From positions 20,026 through 84,025 of the IMG/VR virus record IMGVR_UViG_2718218131_000011: a DNA stretch of 64,000 bases. One strand, 5' to 3'. Every line of letters begins with the position of its first letter. Within the stretch, counting starts at the first letter, position 1. The position numbers were made by a program, and so were the translations under genes. Shown one piece after another: positions 21,801 through 30,844 of this stretch. The stretch is from a virus. Lineage: Duplodnaviria > Heunggongvirae > Uroviricota > Caudoviricetes. Under the pieces are notes generated by a model. That model saw nothing but the letters and a program-made list of their open reading frames with translations. It was not told the DNA's origin and did no database searches.

Positions 21801-22561
21801 AAACGACCACGCGCATCGCGTTGGTTTTGGCTTTTTTGCGCACCGCCTTTTTGATCGAACATTTCGCGAGCGTGTTCGGCTGCTTCGGTCCGTTGTGCCT
21901 TTATATCCTCTGGTATAGCCTTCCTGCGTCGTTTTTTACCCTTTGGTGTAGTTGATTTGGCCTGCTGTTCCTGTTGAGCAATGCCCTCCTGAACTACACG
22001 AGAAACGTCCCCTAAATTAAGCCGTTTCATTGCGTCAACAATAGGGTCTACTGATGGCGCATTGGCCACAAAGTCTGGCCGGGAATTTTCGATTGTTCGA
22101 TTTAATGCCGACACACTGCGAGATACTGGGTCAACCGTTGCAACGCGTTCCCCTTTCAAATCACGAGCGAGTTTGACCGTTTCTAACCGCTGTGCTTTAA
22201 CATCCTCTGTTATTGCCTCTCTTCGTCTATTTGGGGGATTGTGCGCTGTTGGTGCAGCCTGCTGTGCACGGTTAGTGACTTTGTCCTCCCGTATACGAGA
22301 AACGTCCCCTAAATTAAGCCGTTTTATTGCGTCAACAATAGGGTCCACTGATGGCGCATTGGTCACAAAGTCAGGACGTGAATTTTCGATTGTGCGATTT
22401 AATGCCGACACACTGCGAGAGACAGGATCAACAGTTGCAACTCGTTCCCCTTTCAAATCTTCAACAGCTTCCCGAATACCTGCAAGCTCTTCCAGCTCTT
22501 TCGCGCTGGCGGTTTCAACTGTCCTTATAACATCGTCAATATTGGCGTTTTTTCTTTCCAT
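18821..22561 (-). CDS. sit: Sit-like tape-measure/injection protein with lytic transglycosylase (SLT) domain
   Basis: 1246 aa; Gly/Ala/Lys-rich central region; SLT motifs YGLPEGTLYAIAATESGGNPYAKSQTGALGMFQFTG...AYNAG in the C-terminal half. Confidence 0.7.
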   Translation of the reverse strand: MERKNANIDDVIRTVETASAKELEELAGIREAVEDLKGERVATVDPVSRSVSALNRTIENSRPDFVTNAPSVDPIVDAIKRLNLGDVSRIREDKVTNRAQQAAPTAHNPPNRRREAITEDVKAQRLETVKLARDLKGERVATVDPVSRSVSALNRTIENSRPDFVANAPSVDPIVDAMKRLNLGDVSRVVQEGIAQQEQQAKSTTPKGKKRRRKAIPEDIKAQRTEAAEHAREMFDQKGGAQKSQNQRDARGRFIGKSGSKAAAEDARAERAEKARRKEDDERLNAESGLLKKLSKVAEGIGNPSETRAVDALGYAVAGPLWAAGKELGGISKEVGGSLNGARKSIADVICGNDDNSRRKGFFRRKSQNSADVVQVNTQKRTVQELQEQTSEIKEGNDKILSALDQIAKNTGKKKGGLLSKLFSLLGKGAGGVASLLMGRGMLKKAGALAFGALGAKKLVGMLRGGGKKTIAHEGGDLAARAAGKLGLKAVGKGALRAIPLVGTVAGGIYDAVTGWNDTEAQRRAFGLKSGQDPSFQQKAAYTLANVLDMGGLVSGISSAIGEVLKSLGFEDIGNMLQSFSTESIAQAIDSGITNLETYISNLGDTISTKFEDYTAKIGDAVSAWFSDTSNKLLEKLDAIKDFFTVDNLKQVFSDAIDSAIDFIKNPGKHIKEAAGNIWDGVKNLPGKALDAAVDAVKNTPAAMIVSKIPNPIGEANAKEIAPELKAPVNSEANAKEIAPELKAPVNSHQETSDSKTESDAKQTNIVTRVINAALDTAKDSNKTVKETANQIINANAAETGNSALQKIDKAIGQNSSSSSSLNTTGTRNDIQKAADTYNNGRLDVKVGSLGSEGKANLDKLAPYFAELENKYGLPEGTLYAIAATESGGNPYAKSQTGALGMFQFTGIAREETGLAEGESFDPVKSAEAAALLMSKYLKQANGDLNEAITAYNAGFGTINKWKKGTGDLSKENREYAIKVNTHRARYLGGEIYTPGAGAQGGAQYGVRGPLPDNAVIDQSTGLAFTPGDSPFEKGGLVDKIGNAVGVNDLVNKFMNGRGMRREVVQGTLEERARGKGTATAAGNVYVDTPMPVEEARPVTSNSSYFDQLGAQMGIDGLFDKLRNSPGMRKNNAPEPASTSQVTTAANDLQQPTGRMQIDGQVISDLGGSGAKPTMQLADNTVSLDGETKRLFAQMTSLLARIEEHTKDSAKGQGTVVKVSTPQPGVMRTVPLSIDDPLMNDYARVD
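20318..20419. repeat. exact 51-bp tandem duplication inside sit
   Basis: gctattaaccggagcttttaactctggagcgatttctttcgcattagcctc occurs twice head-to-tail, encoding EANAKEIAPELKAPVNS twice. Confidence 0.9.
21853..22471. repeat. ~300-bp tandem duplication at the 5' end of sit
   Basis: Protein segment KGERVATVDPVSRSVSALNRTIENSRPDFV.NAPSVDPIVDA.KRLNLGDVSR plus RRR.AI.ED.KAQR repeated ~100 aa apart; corresponding DNA copies near-identical (boundaries approximate). Confidence 0.6.
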
Positions 22562-22642
22562 GATCTTATCGCCTACCGTTTCGGTTTAAGTTTTTCTTCC
22601 AGTTTCTCCAACAGGAAAAACGCATAGGATTCAGTAAGCCTT

Positions 22643-23524
22643 TCAGCGTCCTGAATCGGTATACCCCCATACAAAACCAGGTTGGACACTAAGGTCTGAT
22701 AGCTTTTCAATCCCCACCTGTGGAATGAAGTCGGTAGCCCGAAAGGGCACCCACAGACGGGTATATGCACCCTCTGTGGACTCCTTTTTATCCTGATTTG
22801 GGCATTTATGCGGCGGGAGACGAAGACGCATTTCACCTTTATCGATGTAGCACGGTAAACCATGTTCGAGCTTTTCATGAGCCAGTCGGATGTGTGCCGC
22901 CAGCTTCATAAATTCAGTATCAATGGCCATCCGTTTAATCGTTTCATAACGACGCTCAGCCTGATCTTCACGAGTACCGCTAACATCGTTATAAAGCTCA
23001 CACTGATAAGCGAATTCCCAAAAACGCAAATCAACGATCGCTTCTTTGAATTCCGCGTCGTCTTCAGGTGGCAATGCTGCACGGCGCATCTCCAGCATTT
23101 CCATTGCCCAACCATTAAGCGGCACGATACGCCATTGATAAGGTACTCCCTCTACAGACACCTCAATATCGTCAATGAAAGGTTCCACTTCCAGGACCTG
23201 GATATCTTCAGCCAGAGCATTCATATCGCAATCGTAATAATGCTCTTTACCGCAATGTTTACAGGTGTAGGTGAATGTCTCAACCGGTGTTTCACGGGAG
23301 CCGGTAAATATCCACCATAACGCGGTAATCCGGTCCTGCGCCGTCCATGTCAGGGGATCATGTTTCGCGGGTTCAGCCAGCAAGGCTTTTAAATACGCCG
23401 TTGTCTGTTGTTCTTGTTCCTCCGGTGTTATCGAGTTGAAACGCATCGCATCAGCAATATTTGGCTGACGGAACTGGATCAATTCAGTTGGCCGCGATGG
23501 TAGCGGGAAAAGAGGTAAAAGCAT
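22643..23524 (-). CDS. phage morphogenesis protein (PmgB-like position)
   Basis: 293-aa ORF between sit and the tube-like gene. Confidence 0.5.
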   Translation of the reverse strand: MLLPLFPLPSRPTELIQFRQPNIADAMRFNSITPEEQEQQTTAYLKALLAEPAKHDPLTWTAQDRITALWWIFTGSRETPVETFTYTCKHCGKEHYYDCDMNALAEDIQVLEVEPFIDDIEVSVEGVPYQWRIVPLNGWAMEMLEMRRAALPPEDDAEFKEAIVDLRFWEFAYQCELYNDVSGTREDQAERRYETIKRMAIDTEFMKLAAHIRLAHEKLEHGLPCYIDKGEMRLRLPPHKCPNQDKKESTEGAYTRLWVPFRATDFIPQVGIEKLSDLSVQPGFVWGYTDSGR

Positions 23525-23538
23525 CCTTGCTCCTTAAT

Positions 23539-24150
23539 TCAAAGAGAAAAGCTAAAGCCCAGAAGGGAAGCCAAAGAACTTGAGGATTGGTTAAACGTGC
23601 TGTGCAATGCGAAGGTCATTGGGAATGACTTAAATTCCGTAACCTGATCCCGCGCATAGGTGACATCGCCGGTAGTGACCGGAAATACAGTCATCTCATT
23701 TTCCAGTTTGGTTAAGCCGGAAGACAACAACCGATAAATACGCACATTGAGCAAATATTTAGACGGTATATTCCCGGTACCGTCTGGATTAATCACCCGA
23801 CTTTTTGCCGTCTTAAACCAGTCCAAAACGAGGCCATCAACGGTATCCCTGACCATCATTGTTATCTGCCCAGGCGAACGCTCCGTTGGTTGAAGGATAT
23901 TCCCTCCGCCGATTTTAATCGTTTCATATTCGATGCTGTAATCGTGGTAGGTAATATCTTTGGCAAAGAAGTCTGCCCCCTCCAGTCCATCAACTTCGAC
24001 AGAGAACTGCCATCCTTGCGCGAACAGCATTTTGTTCATGATGATTGACGTCAGCTTACCAACTTCCCGCTCACCAACGCCGGAGCCAAATAATGTCGTC
24101 GTTAATGCCGAAGATACATAAGACTTTACTGAAGCAACATTAAGCCCCAT
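23539..24150 (-). CDS. tail tube-like protein (P1 Tub-like by size and position)
   Basis: 203 aa (~22 kDa); position in the sit-pmgB-tub-pmgA block as recalled for P1. Confidence 0.4.
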   Translation of the reverse strand: MGLNVASVKSYVSSALTTTLFGSGVGEREVGKLTSIIMNKMLFAQGWQFSVEVDGLEGADFFAKDITYHDYSIEYETIKIGGGNILQPTERSPGQITMMVRDTVDGLVLDWFKTAKSRVINPDGTGNIPSKYLLNVRIYRLLSSGLTKLENEMTVFPVTTGDVTYARDQVTEFKSFPMTFALHSTFNQSSSSLASLLGFSFSL

Positions 24151-24160
24151 ATCAGCCCCC

Positions 24161-24751
<591 letters not shown>

Positions 24752-24807
24752 TTAACAGATTCTACGAGTTGTCATTTGTGACAGTATGCTCGCAATCGTA
24801 GCGATTA

Positions 24808-25347
24808 CTACCACCAACTGCTAGCTTTCTTCTCTCTAGCTTTTCCTTCGCTTTGCAGTAAATCTTTACTTCCTGTAGAAATATTTCTATTTGCATCAGC
24901 CTCAGACTGAATTACATCTGTCTTAGCTGCTCTCTCCTTCAACTCCTGCTCTATAAAATCGTTTTCTCGCTGGACACGAGCCGCTTTTGCTTGCAGTTCG
25001 AGTTTCATGCTTTCGAGTTGCAGCTTGCGAAGCTCATCCTCATAAGCTTGATCTCGCTTCTTGTCATTTGCTAGCTCGGCTTCTCGTTTCGCTCTACGTT
25101 CATTTTCTGCAGCAACACGCTGTTTTTCGCGTGCAGCAGCGGCAGATGCTGCTTTTTCTCTTCTAATACGTTCAGCTTGTGCTTGTTGGCGAATAAGTTC
25201 TTTTCTGGCATCCTCAGCTTGCTGCTCTTTAGCTCGCCCTTCATTTTCCGCTTGAGCAATAGCAGCAATTTGACTTTGCAACGAGTTAGCCAAGGCAGTG
25301 CCTACACTAAACGTAGAAAAGATTAGAAATAAAATAATTTTATTCAT
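24808..25347 (-). CDS. secreted coiled-coil protein (TolA-like Ala/Glu/Arg/Lys-rich), candidate superinfection-exclusion factor
   Basis: 179 aa; signal peptide MNKIILFLIFSTFSVGTALA; long charged helical region. Confidence 0.55.
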   Translation of the reverse strand: MNKIILFLIFSTFSVGTALANSLQSQIAAIAQAENEGRAKEQQAEDARKELIRQQAQAERIRREKAASAAAAREKQRVAAENERRAKREAELANDKKRDQAYEDELRKLQLESMKLELQAKAARVQRENDFIEQELKERAAKTDVIQSEADANRNISTGSKDLLQSEGKAREKKASSWW

Positions 25348-25350
25348 AAA

Positions 25351-25863
25351 TTATTTCTTTTCTGGACAAGTAGCATTTGGCTGAATTCGAGTTTCATTAT
25401 CTTTAGTTGAAATAAGCACAGCAAGCCCCGTTGTAAACTGGCATGCTTTACCAACTTGAGTTGAAGTGAACACCTTAGTTCCTTCTTTATAAGTCAGTGA
25501 AACACCTTCAACAATTGTTTTATCACTAACCAAAGAACCAGCCGCTGCACCAAGAGCCGCACCACCAGTACCGCCAGCTACAGCACCCAGTGTCGATGTG
25601 CCTTTAACATTATAACCGGCAACGCCCCCAGCAACAGCTCCCAGTACCGCACCAAATGTCTGTGCCGCTTCTTTATTAGCTTTATTATCAACTTTCACTT
25701 TAGCTGGAAGCACAGAGATAATATTGACTGTCTTTGTTTCCTGCTTCGAATTCAATTGAGCGGTATCATAAACATCGGCAGCATAATCAGCACCGCTAGA
25801 TTGACACCCAGAAAGAAGAATTGCAGATACAACAAGAGCGCATAAAGTATACTTTTTAGACAT
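25351..25863 (-). CDS. outer-membrane lipoprotein with glycine-zipper motif
   Basis: Lipobox LLSGC; GAVLGAVAGGVAGYN...GAVAGGTGGAALGAAAG glycine zipper; start taken at MSKKYT rather than the ORF-track start at 25872. Confidence 0.55.
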   Translation of the reverse strand: MSKKYTLCALVVSAILLSGCQSSGADYAADVYDTAQLNSKQETKTVNIISVLPAKVKVDNKANKEAAQTFGAVLGAVAGGVAGYNVKGTSTLGAVAGGTGGAALGAAAGSLVSDKTIVEGVSLTYKEGTKVFTSTQVGKACQFTTGLAVLISTKDNETRIQPNATCPEKK

Positions 25864-26152
25864 AAGAATCATCCCAGAAAAACAAAAACCGGCGAGAAGT
25901 TACCACGAGAACGGAAAGTAAACAAGAATACTCCCATTGACTTATATCAATTAATCAACTTTTTATAAGCTATCCCTAACTTATTGTGTATAGCTGAAAA
26001 GTCAGAGACAAGTTCACCATCTGCATTATTTCTTAAGGTAATAGTTTATTGCTAACTTAATTTATGTATCGACTATTGATATCCATCTTAAAGTTACAAT
26101 ATCCCTCTGCATTATTTTTCATCACAAATAATATATCTATTGCACGACACTC

Positions 26153-26170
26153 ATCTGCTCTAATAAATTT
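26153..26170 (+). promoter_or_regulatory. C1 repressor operator-like site upstream of the immI region (Op51-like)
   Basis: ATCTGCTCTAATAAATTT versus consensus ATTGCTCTAATAAATTT. Confidence 0.5.
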
Positions 26171-26349
26171 GTATTTTTAAGTCGCGAATGCTATCTTTTC
26201 GCATCATATTGACCTTTTAATCGTTCAGGCTTATAGTTCCGCCGTCGTAGCAAATTCTGCGACCGGGTTTAGCAGCCTGAATACTTACGCGGACAACCGC
26301 AGATTTCCGATATTGCGGTATTTTTGTGTCCGTAAACCACGTTACGCCC

Positions 26350-26440
26350 GAATTATGGTGGGGCGTGATGGGGAGGCTTCGGCCTGCTGGTTTCGTAAGT
26401 GCCAGTCTGCTAACCCCGTCACGTCCTGCCACCTGTTTAG
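26350..26440 (+). ncRNA. c4: probable c4-like antisense immunity RNA region (boundaries approximate)
   Basis: Structured segment between the operator and icd-ant; CTGCTAA in 26403-26419 is complementary to TTAGCAG at 26434-26442 near the icd leader; placement by P1 synteny. Confidence 0.3.
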
Positions 26441-26482
26441 CAGCGGGTCGCAGGTTGTTTATCAACTTACGAGGCCGTAACT

Positions 26483-26704
26483 ATGGTTAATGCCAATCCT
26501 TGCGCACGCCAAGAATTCATCTGGCGTTTCTATTCCTGTAAAAAACACCACTATCACTTCGTTATCGCAGCAACAGAAGACGAAGCACGCTCTCAATTGC
26601 CTGATGGCCCCTGCATTTTTACTGCCCGTTTTTCAACTAACTCGCGCAATTCACTTAGTTACTGGAACCTCCCCTTCTCTGCCGACGTTCAGGGGGATTT
26701 ATGA
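26483..26704 (+). CDS. icd: Icd-like small protein overlapping the ant start
   Basis: 73-aa ORF ending 4 nt into ant. Confidence 0.45.
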   Translation: MVNANPCARQEFIWRFYSCKKHHYHFVIAATEDEARSQLPDGPCIFTARFSTNSRNSLSYWNLPFSADVQGDL

Positions 26705-27735
26705 AAAAACCTCTCGTCACCCGTAATGAAATAGCCGAAGCGATCGCCCTGCATACAACCTGTATGCCGACACGGGAGATCCCCGGCGCAATTGCCAACT
26801 ATTTCATCATAACCAGACGTTTTTATACCCGAACAGATAAGGCTGTGATCAACAAGCTACTGATAGCCGAGATCAGGGATTATTTGATTGAACAAGGACG
26901 TCTACGTTACGCAACAGTGGCAGCAGAAATGAGAAAGGAGGCACACAGAGTGACCGGTAAAAATTTGAATATTGAAAAACCAGCACCTGTTACGTCAGCT
27001 ACGCCAACACCAGCCGTGAATGTCATCCCCAACATCGGAGACACAATCGACAGCCAAACATTGTTGAAGATGGTCAATGAGGCACGGAAATTATGTAGCG
27101 AAAAACCAGTTCGCAATAATGATTTCATTGCCAGAGTTAAGGATGAACTTGAAGGAGAAACCTACGAAATTTTCGTAGGTCAAAAAAACGGCGCAGAAAT
27201 AGATATTATAACAATGACCTACAAACAAGCCCTGCGAGTTGCCGCGCGCGAATCAAAAGCTGTCCGCCGTTCGCTGATCGACAAACTGGAAGAATTACAG
27301 CAGGCAAACTCCCCTACCCCACCGATCCCCCAAACATTACCAGAAGCCCTACGCCTGGCTGCCGAGTTGGCAGAACAGAAATTGCAGCTGGAACAACAGC
27401 TGGTGGCCGCAGCCCCTAAAGTCGATTTTGCCGACCGGGTATCAGTGGCTAATGGAATCCTGATCGGGAACTTTGCAAAGGTCGTTGGACTTAAGCAAAA
27501 CGCCCTTTTCTCATGGTTGCGCCAGAACGGCATTCTCATGGCTTTTGGTGCGCGCAAAAACGTACCGCACCAACAGTACATCAACGCCGGGTATTTCACG
27601 GTGAAAGAAGTGGTGTTGGATGATGAAAATGGCTACCAGATACGGCTGACGCCCCAATTAACGGGTAAAGGCCAGCAGTGGTTAACTCGCAAGCTACTTG
27701 ATGCTGGTTTGTTAAAACCAGTAGCAATAGGTTAA
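26701..27735 (+). CDS. ant1: antirepressor Ant (KilAC/ANT C-terminal domain)
   Basis: 344 aa; C-terminal FAKVVGLKQNALFSWLRQNGILMAFGARKNVPHQQYINAGYFTVKE...GKGQQWLTRKLLDAGLL, paralogous to the KilA C-terminus. Confidence 0.7.
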   Translation: MKKPLVTRNEIAEAIALHTTCMPTREIPGAIANYFIITRRFYTRTDKAVINKLLIAEIRDYLIEQGRLRYATVAAEMRKEAHRVTGKNLNIEKPAPVTSATPTPAVNVIPNIGDTIDSQTLLKMVNEARKLCSEKPVRNNDFIARVKDELEGETYEIFVGQKNGAEIDIITMTYKQALRVAARESKAVRRSLIDKLEELQQANSPTPPIPQTLPEALRLAAELAEQKLQLEQQLVAAAPKVDFADRVSVANGILIGNFAKVVGLKQNALFSWLRQNGILMAFGARKNVPHQQYINAGYFTVKEVVLDDENGYQIRLTPQLTGKGQQWLTRKLLDAGLLKPVAIG

Positions 27736-27745
27736 CAAAAGAAAA

Positions 27746-27775
27746 AACCTGCCAGCAAACTGGCAGGTTTCTGAG
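27746..27775 (+). terminator. hairpin terminator after ant
   Basis: AACCTGCCAG-CAAA-CTGGCAGGTT followed by TTTCTG. Confidence 0.45.
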
Positions 27776-27812
27776 CAGATCGACCAACCCGATCTGGATC
27801 GAGTTAGAAAAA

Positions 27813-27829
27813 TTTGCTCTAATAAATTT
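27813..27829 (+). promoter_or_regulatory. C1 repressor operator-like site upstream of kilA-repL (Op53-like)
   Basis: TTTGCTCTAATAAATTT, one mismatch to consensus. Confidence 0.55.
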
Positions 27830-27898
27830 CGTTTTCTAAGTGCAAAGAATCACCATTTCGAGCTGGTGATTGAAGGTTGATGCAAATTTGGAGAAAAA

Positions 27899-28699
27899 AT
27901 GCAACAAACATTCAATGCGGATATGAATATATCAAACCTTCATCAAAATGTCGATCCTTCAACCACCCTGCCTGTTATTTGTGGTGTTGAAATTACGACC
28001 GACCGCGCTGGCCGTTACAACCTTAATGCTCTACACAGAGCGAGCGGACTCGGTGCCCATAAAGCGCCAGCTCAATGGCTAAGAACGCTGTCAGCCAAAC
28101 AGCTCATCGAAGAGCTTGAAAAAGAAACTATGCAGAATTGCATAGTTTCGTTCGAAGGCCGTGGCGGCGGCACTTTTGCCCATGAATTGCTCGCAGTGGA
28201 GTACGCTGGTTGGATTTCTCCCGCGTTTCGGCTGAAGGTAAACCAGACATTTATCGACTATCGAGCTGGAAGATTACAACCTGCTATTCCGAAGAGCCTC
28301 CCAGAAGCTCTCCGTTTGGCTGCTGACCTGGCAGAGCAAAAGCAACGGCTGGAGCAAAAAATGCTGATGGATGCACCTAAAGTCGAATTCGCCGAACGCG
28401 TTGCTACCGCCAGCGGGGTTCTAATCGGCAACTATGCCAAAGTGCTCGGCCTGGGCCAAAACTATCTCTTCACCTGGTTGCGTGATAACGGAATTCTGAT
28501 CGCAACCGGTGAACGCAGAAACGTCCCCAAACAAGAATACATATCCCGTGGGTATTTCACCCTTAAAGAAACCGTGATCGATACAAGCAATGGAAGCAGG
28601 ATTTCTTTCACGACTCGTATAACCGGCAAAGGTCAGCAGTGGCTGATGAAGCGATTGCTTGATGCTGGTGTGCTGGTACCTGTCGCGGCAACGCGCTAA
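27899..28699 (+). CDS. kilA: KilA (KilA-N domain plus antirepressor-like C-terminal domain)
   Basis: 266 aa (P1 KilA size); N-terminal TDRAGRYNLNALHRASG...AHELLAVEYAGWISPAFRLKV; C-terminal domain paralogous to Ant. Confidence 0.75.
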   Translation: MQQTFNADMNISNLHQNVDPSTTLPVICGVEITTDRAGRYNLNALHRASGLGAHKAPAQWLRTLSAKQLIEELEKETMQNCIVSFEGRGGGTFAHELLAVEYAGWISPAFRLKVNQTFIDYRAGRLQPAIPKSLPEALRLAADLAEQKQRLEQKMLMDAPKVEFAERVATASGVLIGNYAKVLGLGQNYLFTWLRDNGILIATGERRNVPKQEYISRGYFTLKETVIDTSNGSRISFTTRITGKGQQWLMKRLLDAGVLVPVAATR

Positions 28700-28728
28700 C
28701 AGACGTAGTAAGAACCACCAGTATTGTA

Positions 28729-29574
28729 ATGCTGGCTAAAGTCACTTTCCTGAGCTGTATAACGATGAGCGATTTTACTTTTTCCGGCTATGAATTGGCC
28801 TGCTTTGTAACACACTCCGGTCTATCCCGTAGCGCCGGGCATATCCTGTCGCAATGTGCAAATCTCGCGGCAACAACCAGTGAATACTTCATTCACAAGC
28901 CTCACCGCCTGATCGCGGCAGAAACTGGTTATAGCCAATCAACCGTCGTTCGTGCATTCCGTGAAGCTGTAAACAAAGGAATTCTGTCTGTAGAGATTGT
29001 TATCGGCGATCACCGTGAACGTCGCGCTAACCTGTACCGGTTTACGCCATCCTTTTTGGCCTTCGCACAACAAGCCAAAAATGCGCTGATTGAAAGCAAA
29101 TTAAAGATCTCTTCAGCGGCAACCAAGGTTAAAGCTGTTCTCGCTAAGACATTGGCTTTATTTAATTTTTTATCCACACCCCCATGTCAAAATGATACCC
29201 CCTCCCCCTGTCAGGATGACGTGGCAATAAAGAATAAGAAGTCACAAGTTAAAAAAACAAAAAGATCAGTTTCCGGCGGTGCCGGAACGACCAGACTCAA
29301 AAAATTGACTTCATGGATCGCTGAGGCAAAAGCAAAGGCTGACAATCTGCGGTTATCCAAAAAACGCGCTCAAAAACATGAGTTCAAGCAGAAAGTAGAG
29401 GCGGCAGCGCGGAAATATGCTTACCTGAAGAACAAGCGTTCTCCTGATATTGGCGGGGTATCAAACTTCGATAATCTGCCGCATTGCATGACGGTAAACG
29501 AAGCTCTTAATGCGGTTTTAGCCAAAAATAAAGATAACGAACAATGGGGTATACCGGCAGGATTCAGAGGGTGA
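28729..29574 (+). CDS. repL: RepL lytic replication protein
   Basis: 281 aa (P1 RepL size), directly downstream of kilA in the same operon. Confidence 0.65.
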   Translation: MLAKVTFLSCITMSDFTFSGYELACFVTHSGLSRSAGHILSQCANLAATTSEYFIHKPHRLIAAETGYSQSTVVRAFREAVNKGILSVEIVIGDHRERRANLYRFTPSFLAFAQQAKNALIESKLKISSAATKVKAVLAKTLALFNFLSTPPCQNDTPSPCQDDVAIKNKKSQVKKTKRSVSGGAGTTRLKKLTSWIAEAKAKADNLRLSKKRAQKHEFKQKVEAAARKYAYLKNKRSPDIGGVSNFDNLPHCMTVNEALNAVLAKNKDNEQWGIPAGFRG

Positions 29575-29870
29575 TAGATTGCTCTAATCTGGAGTCACCT
29601 GGCGTTTTCAGTTTGAGGTCGGAGATGCAATCTGATTTTTTACAGTTAGCGATCGCTTTTGCAGGATATGTTTGTATTGGCTTCTGTGTATACATGATCA
29701 GCCGAAAAATGCTTGTCGATATCGACCGCAAAGAACAAGCAGAGGAGATCTTAGTATGGATTTTCTTTGGCGTGGTCTGGCCATTAGGGATCATGTTTGC
29801 TGCAACATTTCTTCTGATGTGGATATTCACCCTTCCAGGTGATTTCTATAGAAAAAAAGCCAGACATTGA
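29544..29870 (+). CDS. small membrane protein (RlfA-like position)
   Basis: 108 aa with two hydrophobic helices. Confidence 0.4.
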   Translation: MGYTGRIQRVIDCSNLESPGVFSLRSEMQSDFLQLAIAFAGYVCIGFCVYMISRKMLVDIDRKEQAEEILVWIFFGVVWPLGIMFAATFLLMWIFTLPGDFYRKKARH

Positions 29871-29939
29871 TACAATCGTTGCGGGTGCTTGAGGCTATCT
29901 GCTTCAGGCATTACCCGAAAAGCAGATAGAAGAAAGCCC

Positions 29940-30015
29940 CAGATAACATTACGCGTCCTGCAAGACGCTTAACATTAATCTGAGGCCATATCTATGCTTA
30001 GCATACGTAGATTAG
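29940..30015 (-). ncRNA. sok: probable Sok-like antisense RNA of the hok locus (boundaries approximate)
   Basis: Opposite-strand TTGACC / spacer / TAATCT promoter-like elements facing the mok/hok leader, with a GCGTC..GACGC hairpin; placed by analogy to hok/sok loci. Confidence 0.3.
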
Positions 30016-30200
30016 CCTCTTACCGACCAAAAGGTCAAGGAGAAGCAGGCTATGAAGCAGCAAAAAGCGATGTTAATCGCTCTGATCGTCATCTGTTTAA
30101 CCGTCATTGTGACGGCACTGGTAACGAGGAAAGACCTCTGCGAGGTACGAATCCGAACCAGCCAGACGGAGGTCACTGTCTTCACAGCCTACGAATCTGA
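29994..30200 (+). CDS. mok: Mok-like overlapping reading frame
   Basis: 68-aa ORF overlapping hok in another frame, as in hok/mok/sok loci. Confidence 0.4.
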   Translation: MLSIRRLASYRPKGQGEAGYEAAKSDVNRSDRHLFNRHCDGTGNEERPLRGTNPNQPDGGHCLHSLRI

Positions 30201-30207
30201 AAGGTAA
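30052..30207 (+). CDS. hok: Hok/Gef-family type I toxin (51 aa, absent from ORF track)
   Basis: Manual translation MKQQKAMLIALIVICLTVIVTALVTRKDLCEVRIRTSQTEVTVFTAYESER; AAGGAG RBS 7 nt upstream; near-identical in pattern to HokC/Gef as recalled. Confidence 0.8.
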   Translation: MKQQKAMLIALIVICLTVIVTALVTRKDLCEVRIRTSQTEVTVFTAYESER

Positions 30208-30323
30208 GAGACCTGGCGGGGAGAGATCCCCGTCACTCTTCGTGTGTCAGGTATCCTCAATGCACCCTTTCCTCTCCAAATAAAAAAGCTCCCGAAGGAG
30301 CTTTAAAATACAAGGGATGACTC

Positions 30324-30833
30324 TTAATCCCACTCAATCCAGTTGTAGACGATACGAAGTGACGGGCGCACAGCGGCAGTCACATCTTCGGTACTAAAGT
30401 CGATTGCATCACTGTAGATTTTGCAGTCCAACATTTCAATTGTTGTAGCAGCTTTTGTCACAGCGTTAACCCCGGAAGATTTGGATTCAGGGGTCGCAGC
30501 CATCGTGATATCAACATAGTCCTTCGCCGCAATGCGATCTTTAATGAACTGAAGAATATCGCCTTCGATAGTCTCCACGCACTGGACCTGGATTTCCCCA
30601 GAGTTTCGAATTGGACCGTGCTGGTTGAACTTCACACCATTCGGACCATAGTCCTCCACATCCTCGCGGGTCATTTCAGGAATTTGCGACGTGCGAACCA
30701 GTACGCTGATATCTTCATGGCCTGCAAAAGTGAGCTGGAATTCAGAAGATACCAGTCGTTCGCCTTTGGCCGCGTTGGCAGTATAGCGGCCCTTAATAAA
30801 TTTACGGTTTCCCTTAGTGTTATTGTGCCCCAT
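30324..30833 (-). CDS. tail/baseplate structural protein, possibly tube-like
   Basis: 169-aa ORF in the late morphogenetic block; weak resemblance to gp19-type tube C-terminus. Confidence 0.45.
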   Translation of the reverse strand: MGHNNTKGNRKFIKGRYTANAAKGERLVSSEFQLTFAGHEDISVLVRTSQIPEMTREDVEDYGPNGVKFNQHGPIRNSGEIQVQCVETIEGDILQFIKDRIAAKDYVDITMAATPESKSSGVNAVTKAATTIEMLDCKIYSDAIDFSTEDVTAAVRPSLRIVYNWIEWD

Positions 30834-30844
30834 ATAAAATCCTT

